This document shows, piece by piece, positions 10,110 to 22,201 of a stretch of DNA of 64,000 nt. Source of the stretch: an uncultured Actinomycetota bacterium (GTDB lineage: Bacteria > Actinomycetota > Actinomycetes > Propionibacteriales > Nocardioidaceae); contig CAVWPK010000012.1 in NCBI GenBank assembly GCA_963756795.1, positions 495,194-559,193 of the forward strand, given 5' to 3'. The stretch's first letter is position 1, and every line of letters begins with the position of its first letter. A program made the position numbers and the translations under genes. The notes below the pieces were generated by a model, which did not search any database, was not told the origin of the DNA, and was given only the letters and a program-made list of their open reading frames with translations.

Positions 10110-10772
10110 CTACTGCTCGGCAGCCAGCGCCGACGGGTTGTGGCCGGTGACCACGAACACCACCCGGTTGGCGATCGACACCGCGTGGTCGGCGATCCGC
10201 TCGTAGTAGCGGCCGAGCAGCGCGACGTCGACGGCCGCCTCGACGCCGTGGGACCAGTCGTCGGAGAGCAGCTCGGCGAAGCTCTGGCGACGTAGGTTGT
10301 CCATCTCCTCGTCGTCCTTGCCGAGGGCGATGGCAGCCTCGACGTCGCGGCCGGTGATCACCTCGCAGACCCGCCCGACCATGTCCTCCGCGACCACGCC
10401 CATCCGCTGGACCGTCGGCCTGATCTCGTCGGGCACCGCGATGTCCGGGACCCGCAGCCGGGCCACCTTCGCGACGTGGACGGAGAGGTCGCCCATCCGC
10501 TCGAGCTCGCTCACCATCCGGAGCGCGGCCACGATCGTCCGGAGGTCGCGGGCGACCGGCTGCTGCAGGGAGAGCAGGCTGAACGCCGAGCCCTCGACCC
10601 GTTCGCGAGCCAGGTCGATCTCGACGTCCCCGCTGATCACCTGCTCGGCGATCGCGGCATCGCCGGTCATCAGGGACTCGGTGGCAAGCCCGACTGCGGC
10701 CTCGACGCGCCGGCAGATCCCGGCAAGGTCGTCGAAGATCGAGTCGAGCTGGTCGTGGTAGGCCTCGCGCAT
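10110..10772 (-). CDS. phoU: Phosphate signalling protein PhoU
   Basis: Two PhoU repeats: LQQPVARDLR, ELERMGD, RYYERIADHA. Confidence 0.95.
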   Translation of the reverse strand: MREAYHDQLDSIFDDLAGICRRVEAAVGLATESLMTGDAAIAEQVISGDVEIDLARERVEGSAFSLLSLQQPVARDLRTIVAALRMVSELERMGDLSVHVAKVARLRVPDIAVPDEIRPTVQRMGVVAEDMVGRVCEVITGRDVEAAIALGKDDEEMDNLRRQSFAELLSDDWSHGVEAAVDVALLGRYYERIADHAVSIANRVVFVVTGHNPSALAAEQ

Positions 10773-10810
10773 GTGGGGAGCCTAGATCGGCGAGTTGTCC
10801 GAACGGGGGA

Positions 10811-10832
10811 TCCGGGTGAACGAGCGATGAAC
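10811..10832 (-). promoter_or_regulatory. PHO-box-like direct repeat pair between phoU and senX3-regX3
   Basis: The minus strand reads GTTCATCGCTC GTTCACCCGGA, two 11-nt units matching the actinobacterial PhoP/RegX3 GTTCAY repeat. Confidence 0.7.
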
Positions 10833-10893
10833 TTCTCGTTTGCCCCACGTCCGCGATCCCGGCCCCGACCTGTCATCGCCGTACGATCACACC

Positions 10894-12114
10894 GTGGATC
10901 CGACGACTCAGGCGTTCCTCGCCGGGCTTCTCGGTTCCCTCATTGCGGGCGGCGCGGTGCTCGCCTGGCACCTCTCGGACCGCCAGCAGCACCGACAGCC
11001 CGGGGTGGAGGAGCCGTTGGTGCCGCCGGGCGTGGCGACCGTGCTCTCGGTGTTGCGGAGCAGCGCGGTGGTCGTCGACGACCACGAGGTCGTGGTCAAG
11101 GCGTCCGCGCCGGCGTTCGCGATGGGCTTCGTCCGCGGCACCAGCCTGGTCTCCGAGGAGCTCAGCACGCTGGTCCAGGAGGTACGCCGCGACGGCCAGA
11201 TCCGGGAGGCGGAGCTCATCGTCAACCGTCAGTCGGGGCCCCCGCGGCACGTCAGCGCCCGGGTGGCGCCGCTCGGTTCCCGGCTGGTCCTCGCGTTGGT
11301 CGAGGACCGCACCCGGGAGCGCCGGATCGAAGCCGTACGACGCGACTTCGTCGCCAACGTCAGCCACGAGCTGAAGACCCCCGTCGGTGCGATCAAGCTG
11401 TTGGCCGAGGCCGTCCAGGACGCCGCCGACGATCCCGAGGCGGTGCACCGGTTCTCGACCCGGATGCTGACCGAGAGCGACCGGCTGACCCACCTGGTCC
11501 AGCAGGTGATCGAGCTGTCCCGGCTCCAGGGCGACGAGCCGCTCGAGTCGCCCGAGCCCGTCTATCTCGACGAGGTGGTCACCGTGGCCGTCGACACCAG
11601 CGCGATGGACGCGGCAGCCAAGGACATCAAGGTGCTCGTCGAGGACGAGCCGGGCATCGCCGTGCTCGGCAGCGAGGAGCAGGTCACCGCTGCCGTCGCC
11701 AACCTGGTCGCCAACGCCGTGCACTACTCCGACCCTGGCTCGAAGGTCCTGGTCTCGACCAGGTCCGCCGACGGGTACGTCGAGATCTCGGTGGTCGACC
11801 AGGGCATCGGCATCCCCAAGGACGAGATCGACCGGATCTTCGAGCGGTTCTACCGCGTCGACCCGGCGCGCCACCGGTCGACGGGCGGCACCGGGCTCGG
11901 GCTGTCGATCGTGAAGCACGTCGCTGCCACCCACGGTGGCGATGTCCGTGTGTGGTCGGTGGAGGGGCAGGGGTCGACGTTCACCCTCACTCTCCCGCAG
12001 CACGCGGCGTACGACGAGGAGCTGCTCATGCTCCCCGTCACCCAGACGGCCCCCGAGCCGGCGCAGGTCGCCGGCGCGGCGGATCGCCCAGAAGATCAGG
12101 AGGAACGCCCGTGA
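10894..12114 (+). CDS. senX3: Sensor histidine kinase SenX3/PhoR
   Basis: H-box FVANVSHELKTP, N-box NLVANAVHYS, G-boxes DQGIGI and GTGLGLSIV. GTG start at 10894. Confidence 0.92.
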   Translation: MDPTTQAFLAGLLGSLIAGGAVLAWHLSDRQQHRQPGVEEPLVPPGVATVLSVLRSSAVVVDDHEVVVKASAPAFAMGFVRGTSLVSEELSTLVQEVRRDGQIREAELIVNRQSGPPRHVSARVAPLGSRLVLALVEDRTRERRIEAVRRDFVANVSHELKTPVGAIKLLAEAVQDAADDPEAVHRFSTRMLTESDRLTHLVQQVIELSRLQGDEPLESPEPVYLDEVVTVAVDTSAMDAAAKDIKVLVEDEPGIAVLGSEEQVTAAVANLVANAVHYSDPGSKVLVSTRSADGYVEISVVDQGIGIPKDEIDRIFERFYRVDPARHRSTGGTGLGLSIVKHVAATHGGDVRVWSVEGQGSTFTLTLPQHAAYDEELLMLPVTQTAPEPAQVAGAADRPEDQEERP

Positions 12115-12788
12115 CCCGGGTACTCGTCGTCGAAGACGAAGAGAGCTACAGCGACGCCCTCGCCTACATGCTCCGCAAGGAAGGCTTCGAGGTGGCGATC
12201 GCTGCCGACGGCAACGCCGCGCTCGCCGAGTTCGACCGCAACGGCGCCGACATCGTGCTGCTGGACCTGATGCTTCCCGGTATCCCCGGCACGGAGGTGT
12301 GCCGCACCATCCGGCAGACGTCGAACGTGCCGGTGATCATGGTGAGCGCCAAGGACGACGAGGTCGACAAGGTGGTCGGGCTCGAGCTCGGCGCCGACGA
12401 CTACGTCACCAAGCCCTACTCCCCCCGGGAGCTGGTCGCCCGGATCCGCGCAGTGCTCCGCCGCGGAACCGACCCCGACCTGCTGCCCGACACGCTCGAG
12501 GCTGGACCGGTGCGGATGGACGTCGAGCGGCACGTGGTGACCGTTGACGGTCAGGAGCAGCGACTGCCGCTCAAGGAGTTCGAGCTCCTCGAGATGTTCC
12601 TCCGCAACCCTGGCCGGGTGCTCACCCGCGGGCAGCTCATCGACCGGGTCTGGGGCTCCGACTACGTCGGCGACACCAAGACCCTCGACGTCCACGTCAA
12701 GCGGCTGCGCGCCAAGCTCGAGCCCGAGCCGAGCGAGCCGAAGTACCTCGTCACCGTCCGCGGCCTGGGCTACAAGCTCGACGTCTGA
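12111..12788 (+). CDS. regX3: Response regulator RegX3/PhoP
   Basis: VLVVEDE, LLDLMLPG, GADDYVTKP, winged-helix WGSDYVGDTKTLDVHVKRLR. Confidence 0.95.
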   Translation: MTRVLVVEDEESYSDALAYMLRKEGFEVAIAADGNAALAEFDRNGADIVLLDLMLPGIPGTEVCRTIRQTSNVPVIMVSAKDDEVDKVVGLELGADDYVTKPYSPRELVARIRAVLRRGTDPDLLPDTLEAGPVRMDVERHVVTVDGQEQRLPLKEFELLEMFLRNPGRVLTRGQLIDRVWGSDYVGDTKTLDVHVKRLRAKLEPEPSEPKYLVTVRGLGYKLDV

Positions 12789-12888
12789 CGGTCGCTGCCG
12801 CACGTCCTGGCCGGACATGGCTGGATCTCGCCATGCGGCGTCCGAAAACCGCGCGACGAACGTCGGTGGCGCCCCGTAGCGTCGTCGT

Positions 12889-13848
12889 GTGACGACCCGC
12901 CCGACCACCCTCCCCCTGCTCGCCGTCGGGACCACGCTGGTGCTCTGGGCGTCGGCGTTCGTCGCGATCCGGCACCTGGCTCACGACTTCTCCGCCGGCC
13001 CACTCACCCTGGCGCGGATGGGGGTGGCGGCGGTGGCGCTCGGGTTCGTGGCGCTCCGGCACGGGCTGCCTCACCCGACCCGCCAGCAGTGGGTGTCGAT
13101 CGCGGTGATCGGGGTGCTCTGGTTCTCGATCTACCACCTCGCGCTCAACCAGGGCGAGGTCTGGGTCGACGCCGGCACCGCGGCGATGCTGCTGCAGGTC
13201 TCGCCGGTGCTCGTGGCCGTGCTCGCGGTGACGTTCCTCGGCGAGCGGTTCACCGCGCCGCTGGTCCTCGGCCTGCTCGTCGCGTTCTCCGGCGTGGCGC
13301 TGATCGGACTGTCCGGCTCGACCGACAGCGACGTCGACTCCGGCAAGATGCTGCTCGGCGCCCTGCTCTGCGTGGTGTCCGCGGTCACCTACTCGGTCAG
13401 CCTGGTCCTTCAGAAGCCCCTGCTCACCGACCTGTCGGCCGTCCACGTCACCTGGCTGGCCTGCACCATCGGGGCCGCCACCTGCCTGCCGTTCGGGCCG
13501 TCCCTGGTGTCCGAGGTAGCCGACGCGCCCGCCTCGTCGCTGCTCTGGTTGGTCTACCTCGGCGTCTTCCCGACCGCGATCGCGTTCACGACGTACGCCT
13601 TCGCCTTGCGGCACATGACGGCCTCCTCGCTGGGCGTGACGACCTACCTGGTGCCGCCGCTGACCATCGTGCTGGCACTGATCTTCCTCGGTGAGACGCC
13701 GCCACCCGTGGCCTACGTCGGCGGGGCGCTCGCGCTGGTCGGCGTGGCGATCGCTCGGCGTCGGCCACCGATGCGCGACGACGAGAACCGCGAGGGGTTG
13801 CCGGGAGACGGAGTCGAGAATCCGGTCGCGGCTCCGACACCCGGATAG
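12889..13848 (+). CDS. DMT/EamA family transporter
   Basis: About 10 TM helices arranged as two EamA repeats. Confidence 0.88.
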   Translation: MTTRPTTLPLLAVGTTLVLWASAFVAIRHLAHDFSAGPLTLARMGVAAVALGFVALRHGLPHPTRQQWVSIAVIGVLWFSIYHLALNQGEVWVDAGTAAMLLQVSPVLVAVLAVTFLGERFTAPLVLGLLVAFSGVALIGLSGSTDSDVDSGKMLLGALLCVVSAVTYSVSLVLQKPLLTDLSAVHVTWLACTIGAATCLPFGPSLVSEVADAPASSLLWLVYLGVFPTAIAFTTYAFALRHMTASSLGVTTYLVPPLTIVLALIFLGETPPPVAYVGGALALVGVAIARRRPPMRDDENREGLPGDGVENPVAAPTPG

Positions 13849-13908
13849 CGCGCGCCGGGCGCACCCGACCCCGGCGACGAGAGCGGGTCACGACCCGGCT
13901 CGGTCTTG

Positions 13909-14403
13909 TCAGCGGTCCCCCGGCTCGAGCCAGCCCCGGAACGCCTCCAGGTTGCGGGTCGACTCGCCCCGGGAGATCCGCCACTCCCACTCCTTGCGGA
14001 TCGACGAGGCGAAGCCGAGCTCGAGGATGACGTTGAAGGACTCGTCGGAGTAGGTCAGCACCGAGCCGAGCAGCCGGTCGAGCTCGTCCGCGTTCACCAT
14101 CGACAGCGGCAGCCGGGCGTCGAGGTAGATGTCGCCGTGGTGGTCGACGCCGAACGCGACGGCGTACATCCGCAGGTTGCGCTCGAGCAGCCAGCGGTAG
14201 ACCCGCTCGAACTCCTCGTCCGGGCGCCGGCACACGAAGGCGTGCACACCGAGCGCGTGCTGGCCGACGTCGAGCCGCACGGGCGTCTGCTGTTTCCGCT
14301 CGCCGGGGAGGGCGAAGGTGAACACGCCCGGCTCCGGCTCGTCGTAGTCGATCTGGCTGTCGGCGAGGTGCTGTCGTACGACGTCGGAAGCCTGCTGCTG
14401 CAC
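13909..14403 (-). CDS. YbjN domain-containing protein
   Basis: LPGERKQQT, FVCRRPDE, LELGFASSIRKEWEWR; conserved position downstream of mshA. Confidence 0.85.
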   Translation of the reverse strand: MQQQASDVVRQHLADSQIDYDEPEPGVFTFALPGERKQQTPVRLDVGQHALGVHAFVCRRPDEEFERVYRWLLERNLRMYAVAFGVDHHGDIYLDARLPLSMVNADELDRLLGSVLTYSDESFNVILELGFASSIRKEWEWRISRGESTRNLEAFRGWLEPGDR

Positions 14404-14408
14404 GGGCC

Positions 14409-15671
14409 TCAGCCTGCCACGGCCTCCCGCAGGAACGAATCGGCCCTCTCGTAGACCTCGAGAGTCTGCGCAGCGGTGGCGTCCCAGGAGAACAGCCGGG
14501 CCTGTGCGATCGCACCCGTGGCGAGCCGGTCGCGGTAGACGGGGTCGAGGAGGACCGGCTCGATCGCGCGCGCCCAGTCAGTCGGGTCGTGGCTGTCGAC
14601 CAGCAGTCCGCTGCGGCCGTGCCGCACGACGGTCGTCAGGCCGCCGACCGCCGCCGCGACGACCGGAGAGCCGGCCGCCTGCGCCTCGACGGCGACCAGG
14701 CCGAACGACTCGTTGTAGGAGGGCACGGCGACCAGGGTGGCCGCGGCGTACCAACCCGCCAGCTCGTGCTGGGGTACCGGCGGGACGAAGCGCACCACAT
14801 CGTCGATGCGCAGCTCCTCGGCGAGGTTGGCGAGTGCGGCCGGTCGCTCGAGACCGCTCCCGGAAGGACCGCCCACGATCGGCACGACCAGCCGGCGGCG
14901 CAGCTCAGGCCGCAGCCGCAACAGCTCCGCGGTCGCGTGCAGCAGCACGTCGGGGGCTTTGAGGGGCTGGATCCGACCGGCGAACAGCAGCACCAGCGCG
15001 TCTTCCGGGATGCCGTGCGCCGCCCGTGCCGCGGCCTGGTCCTGCGGCCGGAAGACGGTCTCGTCCACCCCCGGGTGCACCACCTCGACCCGGGCGGGCT
15101 CGGCGTCGTAGAGGTTGATCAGCTGTTTGGCCTCGAGGTCGGTGTTGGCGATCAGCACGTCGGCGGCCCCGACCACCTGCTCCTCCCCGATCACGCGGGA
15201 GTCCGGCTCCGGCGCGTCACCCTCGGCCAGCGCGTCGTTCTTGACCTTCGCCATGGTGTGCATCGAGTGCACGAGCGGCACACCCCAGCGGTCCCTGGCG
15301 AGAGCGCCGACCTGACCGGAGAGCCAGTAGTGGGAGTGGACGACGTCGTAGTGGCCGAGCGGCTGGGAGGCCTCCGCGCGCAGCACCTCGCGCGCAAAGA
15401 CGCAGAGCTGCCCGGGCAGGTCGTCCTTGGCAAGACCCTCGAACGGTCCCGCGTGCACGTTGGTCACCTGGACTCCGTCGGCCAGCTGGACCACGGGGTC
15501 GAGCAGGCTGCTGGTCGCGCGGGTGAAGATGTCGACCTCGATGCCGCGGGCGGCCAGTCGGCGGGCGACCTCGACGACGTAGACGTTCATGCCGCCCGCA
15601 TCGCCCGTGCCGGGCTGGTCGAGCGGCGACGTGTGCAGGCTGATCATCGCCATCCGGCTGATCGTCGTCAC
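14409..15671 (-). CDS. mshA: D-inositol-3-phosphate glycosyltransferase (mycothiol synthesis)
   Basis: [50 protein letters not shown] 15671 follows a GAGGAGG RBS. Confidence 0.96.
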   Translation of the reverse strand: MTTISRMAMISLHTSPLDQPGTGDAGGMNVYVVEVARRLAARGIEVDIFTRATSSLLDPVVQLADGVQVTNVHAGPFEGLAKDDLPGQLCVFAREVLRAEASQPLGHYDVVHSHYWLSGQVGALARDRWGVPLVHSMHTMAKVKNDALAEGDAPEPDSRVIGEEQVVGAADVLIANTDLEAKQLINLYDAEPARVEVVHPGVDETVFRPQDQAAARAAHGIPEDALVLLFAGRIQPLKAPDVLLHATAELLRLRPELRRRLVVPIVGGPSGSGLERPAALANLAEELRIDDVVRFVPPVPQHELAGWYAAATLVAVPSYNESFGLVAVEAQAAGSPVVAAAVGGLTTVVRHGRSGLLVDSHDPTDWARAIEPVLLDPVYRDRLATGAIAQARLFSWDATAAQTLEVYERADSFLREAVAG

Positions 15672-15762
15672 GCACGCCTCCTCGGCCCCGTCGGCCAACT
15701 GGCTCGTCGAATCGGTCCACAGCGGTGAACCATCGCGAGCCGGCGTGCATTCCCCGGACCAC

Positions 15763-16290
15763 CTAGGGCTTTCGGACGGACCCCGCCTGGAGGCCGGTGC
15801 GGCGCAGGTCGATGGTGCCGACGTGCACCCGGTCCCCGCTGGCGACGTCTACCCAGGTCGCAGCCTCCGCGTCGGACCCTCCGCCGAGGAACTGCGGCTT
15901 GATCCGGGCACGGGCCCCGTCCGGGGTGACGCACTGCGCGACGTAGACGGTGTAGCGCCCGGCGGCGAGTCCGCCTGCCGTCCAGCGGCCCGAGACCGGG
16001 CTCCCCGGAACCGGCTTCAGCCTGCCGACGCGGTCGTCGACGCCGCCGTCGTCGTCGAACACCACCACGCAGATGTTGGACCGCTCGGCGGCGCCCTGCG
16101 GCCAGGAGACGGTTGCCACGATCGAGCCACCGTCCGGGGTGCGCGACCCGATGTCGATGACGGTTGCGACCCGGTCCTTGGCACCCGCCAGCAGCGTGTC
16201 GTCCCCACCGGTGGCCACCGCCGCAACACCGAGCGCGGCAACGCAGAGCGCCACCCCGAGCGCCTGACGATGCCGTTGCCCGAACTGCAT
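15763..16290 (-). CDS. Secreted/membrane-anchored single beta-sandwich (carboxypeptidase-regulatory-like) protein
   Basis: N-terminal hydrophobic helix; [32 protein letters not shown] pattern; two Cys. Confidence 0.55.
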   Translation of the reverse strand: MQFGQRHRQALGVALCVAALGVAAVATGGDDTLLAGAKDRVATVIDIGSRTPDGGSIVATVSWPQGAAERSNICVVVFDDDGGVDDRVGRLKPVPGSPVSGRWTAGGLAAGRYTVYVAQCVTPDGARARIKPQFLGGGSDAEAATWVDVASGDRVHVGTIDLRRTGLQAGSVRKP

Positions 16291-16471
16291 CGCAACCCTC
16301 CCCCTCGGCTGCCTGAACCGCTTCACCAACGGAACTACGCCATGTAGTGCATCACGACCGAGGGTCGGTACGGCGATCCCTGTCGAGACCGCTACCGCAT
16401 CTGACAACCGGACGTCGCTGGTGGGCATTCGCTCCCGGCAGCGCCGGGCATCGGCCGACCCGCGCAGCCGG

Positions 16472-17161
16472 TCACCGAAGCGCGCGGTCGAGCGCCGCCT
16501 CGACGTGGAGCGTCGTGCACGGGAAGACCGGCAGGTCGGAGTCGGCCTGCTTCACCAGCAGCTCGAGCTCCGAGCAGCCGAGGATCACGCCGCCGGCGCC
16601 CGCGTCCCACAGCTCGTCGATGAGCGAGACGACGTACTTCCGGGAGTCGTCGACGACCCTCCCGTGCACGAGCTCGTCGTAGATGATCCGGTTGATCTCG
16701 TCGTGGTGCTTGGCCGCCGGGGTGAGGACCTCGAGCCCGTGCCGCGCGATCCGGTCGGTGAAGAAGGTCCGGGTCATCGCGAACCGGGTGCCGATCAGCG
16801 CCAGCACCTCCACGCTTTGCTCCTGGGCCGCCTCCGCGACCATGTCGGCGAGGTGCAGCAACGGGATGTCGATGGCCGCCTCGACCTGCTCCGCGACCCT
16901 GTGGAACGTCGTCGTGCAGAGCAGCAAGAAGTCCGCCCCAGCGCGCTCGACCGATTGCGCGGCCGCCGCCAGGAGGGTGGCGACGCCGTCCCAGTCCTCG
17001 GCTTCCTGGAGCGCCGTGATCTCGGCGAACTCGACGGAGGCCAGCACCGTCTTCGCGGAGTGGAGACCGCCCAGTCGCGCCTCGACACCCCGGTTCAACA
17101 GGTCGTAGTAGGCCGCGCTGCTCTCCCAGCTCATGCCCCCGACGAGTCCGATCGTCTGCAT
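16472..17161 (-). CDS. Aspartate/glutamate racemase family protein
   Basis: [28 protein letters not shown]. Confidence 0.92.
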   Translation of the reverse strand: MQTIGLVGGMSWESSAAYYDLLNRGVEARLGGLHSAKTVLASVEFAEITALQEAEDWDGVATLLAAAAQSVERAGADFLLLCTTTFHRVAEQVEAAIDIPLLHLADMVAEAAQEQSVEVLALIGTRFAMTRTFFTDRIARHGLEVLTPAAKHHDEINRIIYDELVHGRVVDDSRKYVVSLIDELWDAGAGGVILGCSELELLVKQADSDLPVFPCTTLHVEAALDRALR

Positions 17162-17429
17162 CCGCGCAGTCTCCCACGGTCCGTCCCGCTCGTGCGCGAG
17201 GTGGCGCGATGTCGGGGTCAAGATCGCCGTCGAACACCTCTGCGGACGCTGCGCGCGACGAGTGCGACGACGGGCCGGCCAGCTCACCGCCCCCGGGTGG
17301 GCGGCGGGGGTCGTCACCCACTTGCCCGCCGCCTCGCCGATGTGAGAGTGACGGCGCCCCGCCGATAGTCTGGTCGGCGGCCCGAATCCGGAGCCATGTA
17401 CCCCGAACGAGAGCGACGCCGTACTCCCC

Positions 17430-19334
<1,905 letters not shown>

Positions 19335-19397
19335 CCTTCTCACCGGCGTTCCTGGTCCGGAGGAGCGCCTGACCAGGTCGCCCCTAGGCTTTCGCGG

Positions 19398-20186
19398 GTG
19401 ACTGACGAGCAGGAACTCATCGTCCACCGTGATCGGCTCGGCCCCGGCGTGGTCGAGGTGACCTTCAACCGGCCACACCGGCGCAACGCGTTCACCCGGG
19501 CGATGTACGGCGACCTCCGGTCGCTGTGCGAGGACCTGCGCGACGATCGATCCGTGGGTGTGCTCGTGCTGCGGGGCTCCGGCGGCCAGGCATTCGCTGC
19601 CGGCAACGAGATCTCCGACTTCCTCCACACCGACGTCGTGGCCTACGAGACCTGGATCCGCGAGCTGCTCGCTGAGCTGTTCGCGCTGCCGCAGGTCACG
19701 ATCGCCGCGGTCGACGGCGTGTGCGTCGGCGGCGGGCTCGCAGTGGCGACGCACTGCGACCTGCGGATCGCGACTGCGGCCAGCCGGTTCGGCTATCCGA
19801 TCGCCCGCACCCTCGGCAACGCGCTGTCGGCGTCGATCGTCTACCGCTGCGCTGCGACCTTCGGCGAGCCGCTGACCCGGGAGATGCTGCTGGCCTCCCG
19901 CCTGGTCGGCGCCGACCGGGCGTACGGCGTCGGCGCGCTCGTGTCGTGCGTCGACGACGCCGCGGCGCTGGACGCCGAGCTGGCCGCACTGGTCGACGGC
20001 ATCAGCCAGGCCTCGCGGGTGACCCTCCGGGTGACGAAGGAGCAGCTGCACCATCGCGCTCTGCTCACCGAGGCGCCGGCCGAGGACGAGGACGCCGTGC
20101 TCACCGAGGTCTACGACGGCACGGACTTCAAGGAGGGCGTGCGGGCGTTCCTCGCCAAGGAGAAGCCGGCGTTCGGGCGCGGCTAG
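19398..20186 (+). CDS. Enoyl-CoA hydratase/isomerase family protein
   Basis: FNRPHRRNAF, FAAGNEI, AAVDGVCVGGG, DFKEGVRAFLAK. Confidence 0.9.
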   Translation: MTDEQELIVHRDRLGPGVVEVTFNRPHRRNAFTRAMYGDLRSLCEDLRDDRSVGVLVLRGSGGQAFAAGNEISDFLHTDVVAYETWIRELLAELFALPQVTIAAVDGVCVGGGLAVATHCDLRIATAASRFGYPIARTLGNALSASIVYRCAATFGEPLTREMLLASRLVGADRAYGVGALVSCVDDAAALDAELAALVDGISQASRVTLRVTKEQLHHRALLTEAPAEDEDAVLTEVYDGTDFKEGVRAFLAKEKPAFGRG

Positions 20187-20788
20187 CTGTCGCCCGGCAG
20201 GATCCCCCGCAGCACCTCGTCCCGCCGGTCGCTGACCACCACCGCGGCGATCGCACCCCCGATCGCACCGAAGAGGTGGCCCTGCCACGAGATCCCCGGC
20301 TGCCCGGGCAGCACGCCCCAGAGCACGCCGCCGTAGATGAACAGCACCAGGACGCCCAGGGCGATCTCCCAGAACCGGCGGTTGACCACGCCGCGAACCA
20401 CGACATAGACCAGGAAGCCGAAGACCAGCCCGGAGGCACCGATGTGGTTGGTGTTGCTACCGGCCACCAGCCACACGCCGACCCCGCCGACCACCCAGAT
20501 CACCGCGGTCGCCGCGAGTCCGCGGAGCAGGCCGGCGGCCAGGGCGAGGAAGCCGAGCACCAGCAGCGGCCCGCTGTTGGCCGACAGGTGATCCCACCCA
20601 CCGTGCAGCAGCGGCGCGAACAGGATGCCGAGCAGGCCCTCGTCCGACCGGGGCTGGACGCCGTACTGGTCGAGCCGGTTGTCCACCGCCACGTCGACGA
20701 TCTCGATCACCCACAGCAGCGCCGTGAAACCGACGACGACGACGGCCGCCTGCTGCCAGGACGGTATCTCCCGGCCCCTGATCTCCAT
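20183..20788 (-). CDS. Rhomboid family intramembrane serine protease
   Basis: PLLHGGWDHLSAN, HIGASG, SWQGHLFG. Confidence 0.92.
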   Translation of the reverse strand: MEIRGREIPSWQQAAVVVVGFTALLWVIEIVDVAVDNRLDQYGVQPRSDEGLLGILFAPLLHGGWDHLSANSGPLLVLGFLALAAGLLRGLAATAVIWVVGGVGVWLVAGSNTNHIGASGLVFGFLVYVVVRGVVNRRFWEIALGVLVLFIYGGVLWGVLPGQPGISWQGHLFGAIGGAIAAVVVSDRRDEVLRGILPGDS

Positions 20789-20815
20789 GCCCTCAGTGTG
20801 GCGGGTCGGACCTGG

Positions 20816-21316
20816 TCACGCCCACTGAATGACCCAGTACTGCACCCCGAAGGGCGCGCCGTCGTAGGCCACCTCCGCGGTCTGCGCCGGCGTGAGCAGC
20901 TCTGCGAGCCTCCGGATGCCGGCCACGTCAGCCCACATCTCCTCGGCCAGCTGCTCGTCGAGCGTGGCCAGCGCACCGGGGAGCGGCTCGAGCAGCGCGC
21001 GACGTAGGTCGTCGTCATAGACCTCGGCCCGTTCGTCGAAGTGACCGGGCGCCTTGGGCGTGCGCTTTGCCGAGCCGCTGCCGACCACCAGGACACCGGT
21101 CGCGCCGTCCGCGCCAGCCGCCACCTCCGCCGTACCGGCCTGGTCCAGCAGGGATCGGGCGACCCGCAGCCCGGCGCCGTCTGCCAGCACCCGGACCCGC
21201 GGCCCCAGTGCGGCGACCGCGGCGCTGCAGGCCGTGCGCAGGTCGGTGACCGGGTCGTCGAGCGAGGAGTACGACGGCAGCAGTGCGGGCGCGCCCGGCA
21301 CCAGCGCGATCCTCAT
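20816..21316 (-). CDS. Conserved hypothetical protein linked to folP2 (extradiol dioxygenase-like fold fragment)
   Basis: VPGAPALLP, VVGSGSAKR..KAPGHFD, YDGAPFGVQYWV; coupled to the folP stop. Confidence 0.7.
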   Translation of the reverse strand: MRIALVPGAPALLPSYSSLDDPVTDLRTACSAAVAALGPRVRVLADGAGLRVARSLLDQAGTAEVAAGADGATGVLVVGSGSAKRTPKAPGHFDERAEVYDDDLRRALLEPLPGALATLDEQLAEEMWADVAGIRRLAELLTPAQTAEVAYDGAPFGVQYWVIQWA

Positions 21317-22188
21317 GTGAGCCCCCGGATCGCGCGCCGCGGCGGTCGGCGCCCGGCGATGGACCACACCATGTCGACGACCTGGCGGGTCTCGACCACC
21401 TCGTGCACCCGGTAGATGCGCGCTCCGGCCTGCGCGCACACCGCCGTCGCCGCCAACGTGCCGATCAGCCGCTCGCCGACCGGCAGGTCGAGGGTCTCGC
21501 CCACGAAGTCCTTGTTGGACAGGGACACCAGCACCGGCCAGCCGGTGTCGACCATCTCGCCCAGCCGTCGGGTGATCTCGAGGGAGTGGAAGGTGTTCTT
21601 GCCGAAGTCGTGCGCCGGGTCGATGACGATCGACTCGCGAGCCACACCGGCCGCCAGCGCCCGCTCGGCGTAGCGGACGGTGTCGTCGATCGCGGCCGCG
21701 ACCACGTCGTCGTACTCGATCCGGTGGGGGCGGGTCCGCGGCGTCACTCCGCCGGTATGGGTGCACACGAGCGCGGCGCCGTACTCAGCCGCGACGTCGA
21801 CGAGCTCCGGGTCCGCGCCGCCCCACGCGTCGTTGAGCAGGTCGGCCCCCGCCTCGCAGGCGGCCGCGCCGACCTCGGCGCGCCAGGTGTCGACCGAGAT
21901 CACGAGCGAGGGGTAGTCCGCCCGCAACCCGGCCACGAAGTCGACGACCCGCCCTTTCTCGTCGGCCGCCGAGATCTCCTCACCCGGCGCTGCCTTGATG
22001 CCCCCGATGTCGACGATCTCGGCTCCCTGCGCGACCACCGTGGCGACCCGCTCGAAGGCCGCCTGCTCCGACCAGGTCGCGCCCTGGTCGTAGAACGAGT
22101 CGGGCGTGCGGTTGACGATCGCCATCATCAAGGTGGCGTCGTCGGAGAAGGTCTGGCGACCGAGCTTCAACATCGCGGGCTTCACCAT
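21313..22188 (-). CDS. folP: Dihydropteroate synthase (FolP2 type)
   Basis: MAIVNRTPDSFYD, VDIGG, ISVDTW, DPAHDFGKN, LSNKDF, RVHEV. Confidence 0.93.
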   Translation of the reverse strand: MVKPAMLKLGRQTFSDDATLMMAIVNRTPDSFYDQGATWSEQAAFERVATVVAQGAEIVDIGGIKAAPGEEISAADEKGRVVDFVAGLRADYPSLVISVDTWRAEVGAAACEAGADLLNDAWGGADPELVDVAAEYGAALVCTHTGGVTPRTRPHRIEYDDVVAAAIDDTVRYAERALAAGVARESIVIDPAHDFGKNTFHSLEITRRLGEMVDTGWPVLVSLSNKDFVGETLDLPVGERLIGTLAATAVCAQAGARIYRVHEVVETRQVVDMVWSIAGRRPPRRAIRGLT

Positions 22189-22201
22189 CGAGGCTCCACC
22201 A

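Noticed and set aside
8701-10848. 715-aa minus-strand ORF and similar long Arg/Gly/Pro-rich track ORFs (e.g. 10476..12788, 27237..29162, 58727..60808)
   Set aside because: Off-frame or antisense reads, or fused extensions of real genes. Only the motif-bearing portions were kept (regX3, rfbA, GT61).
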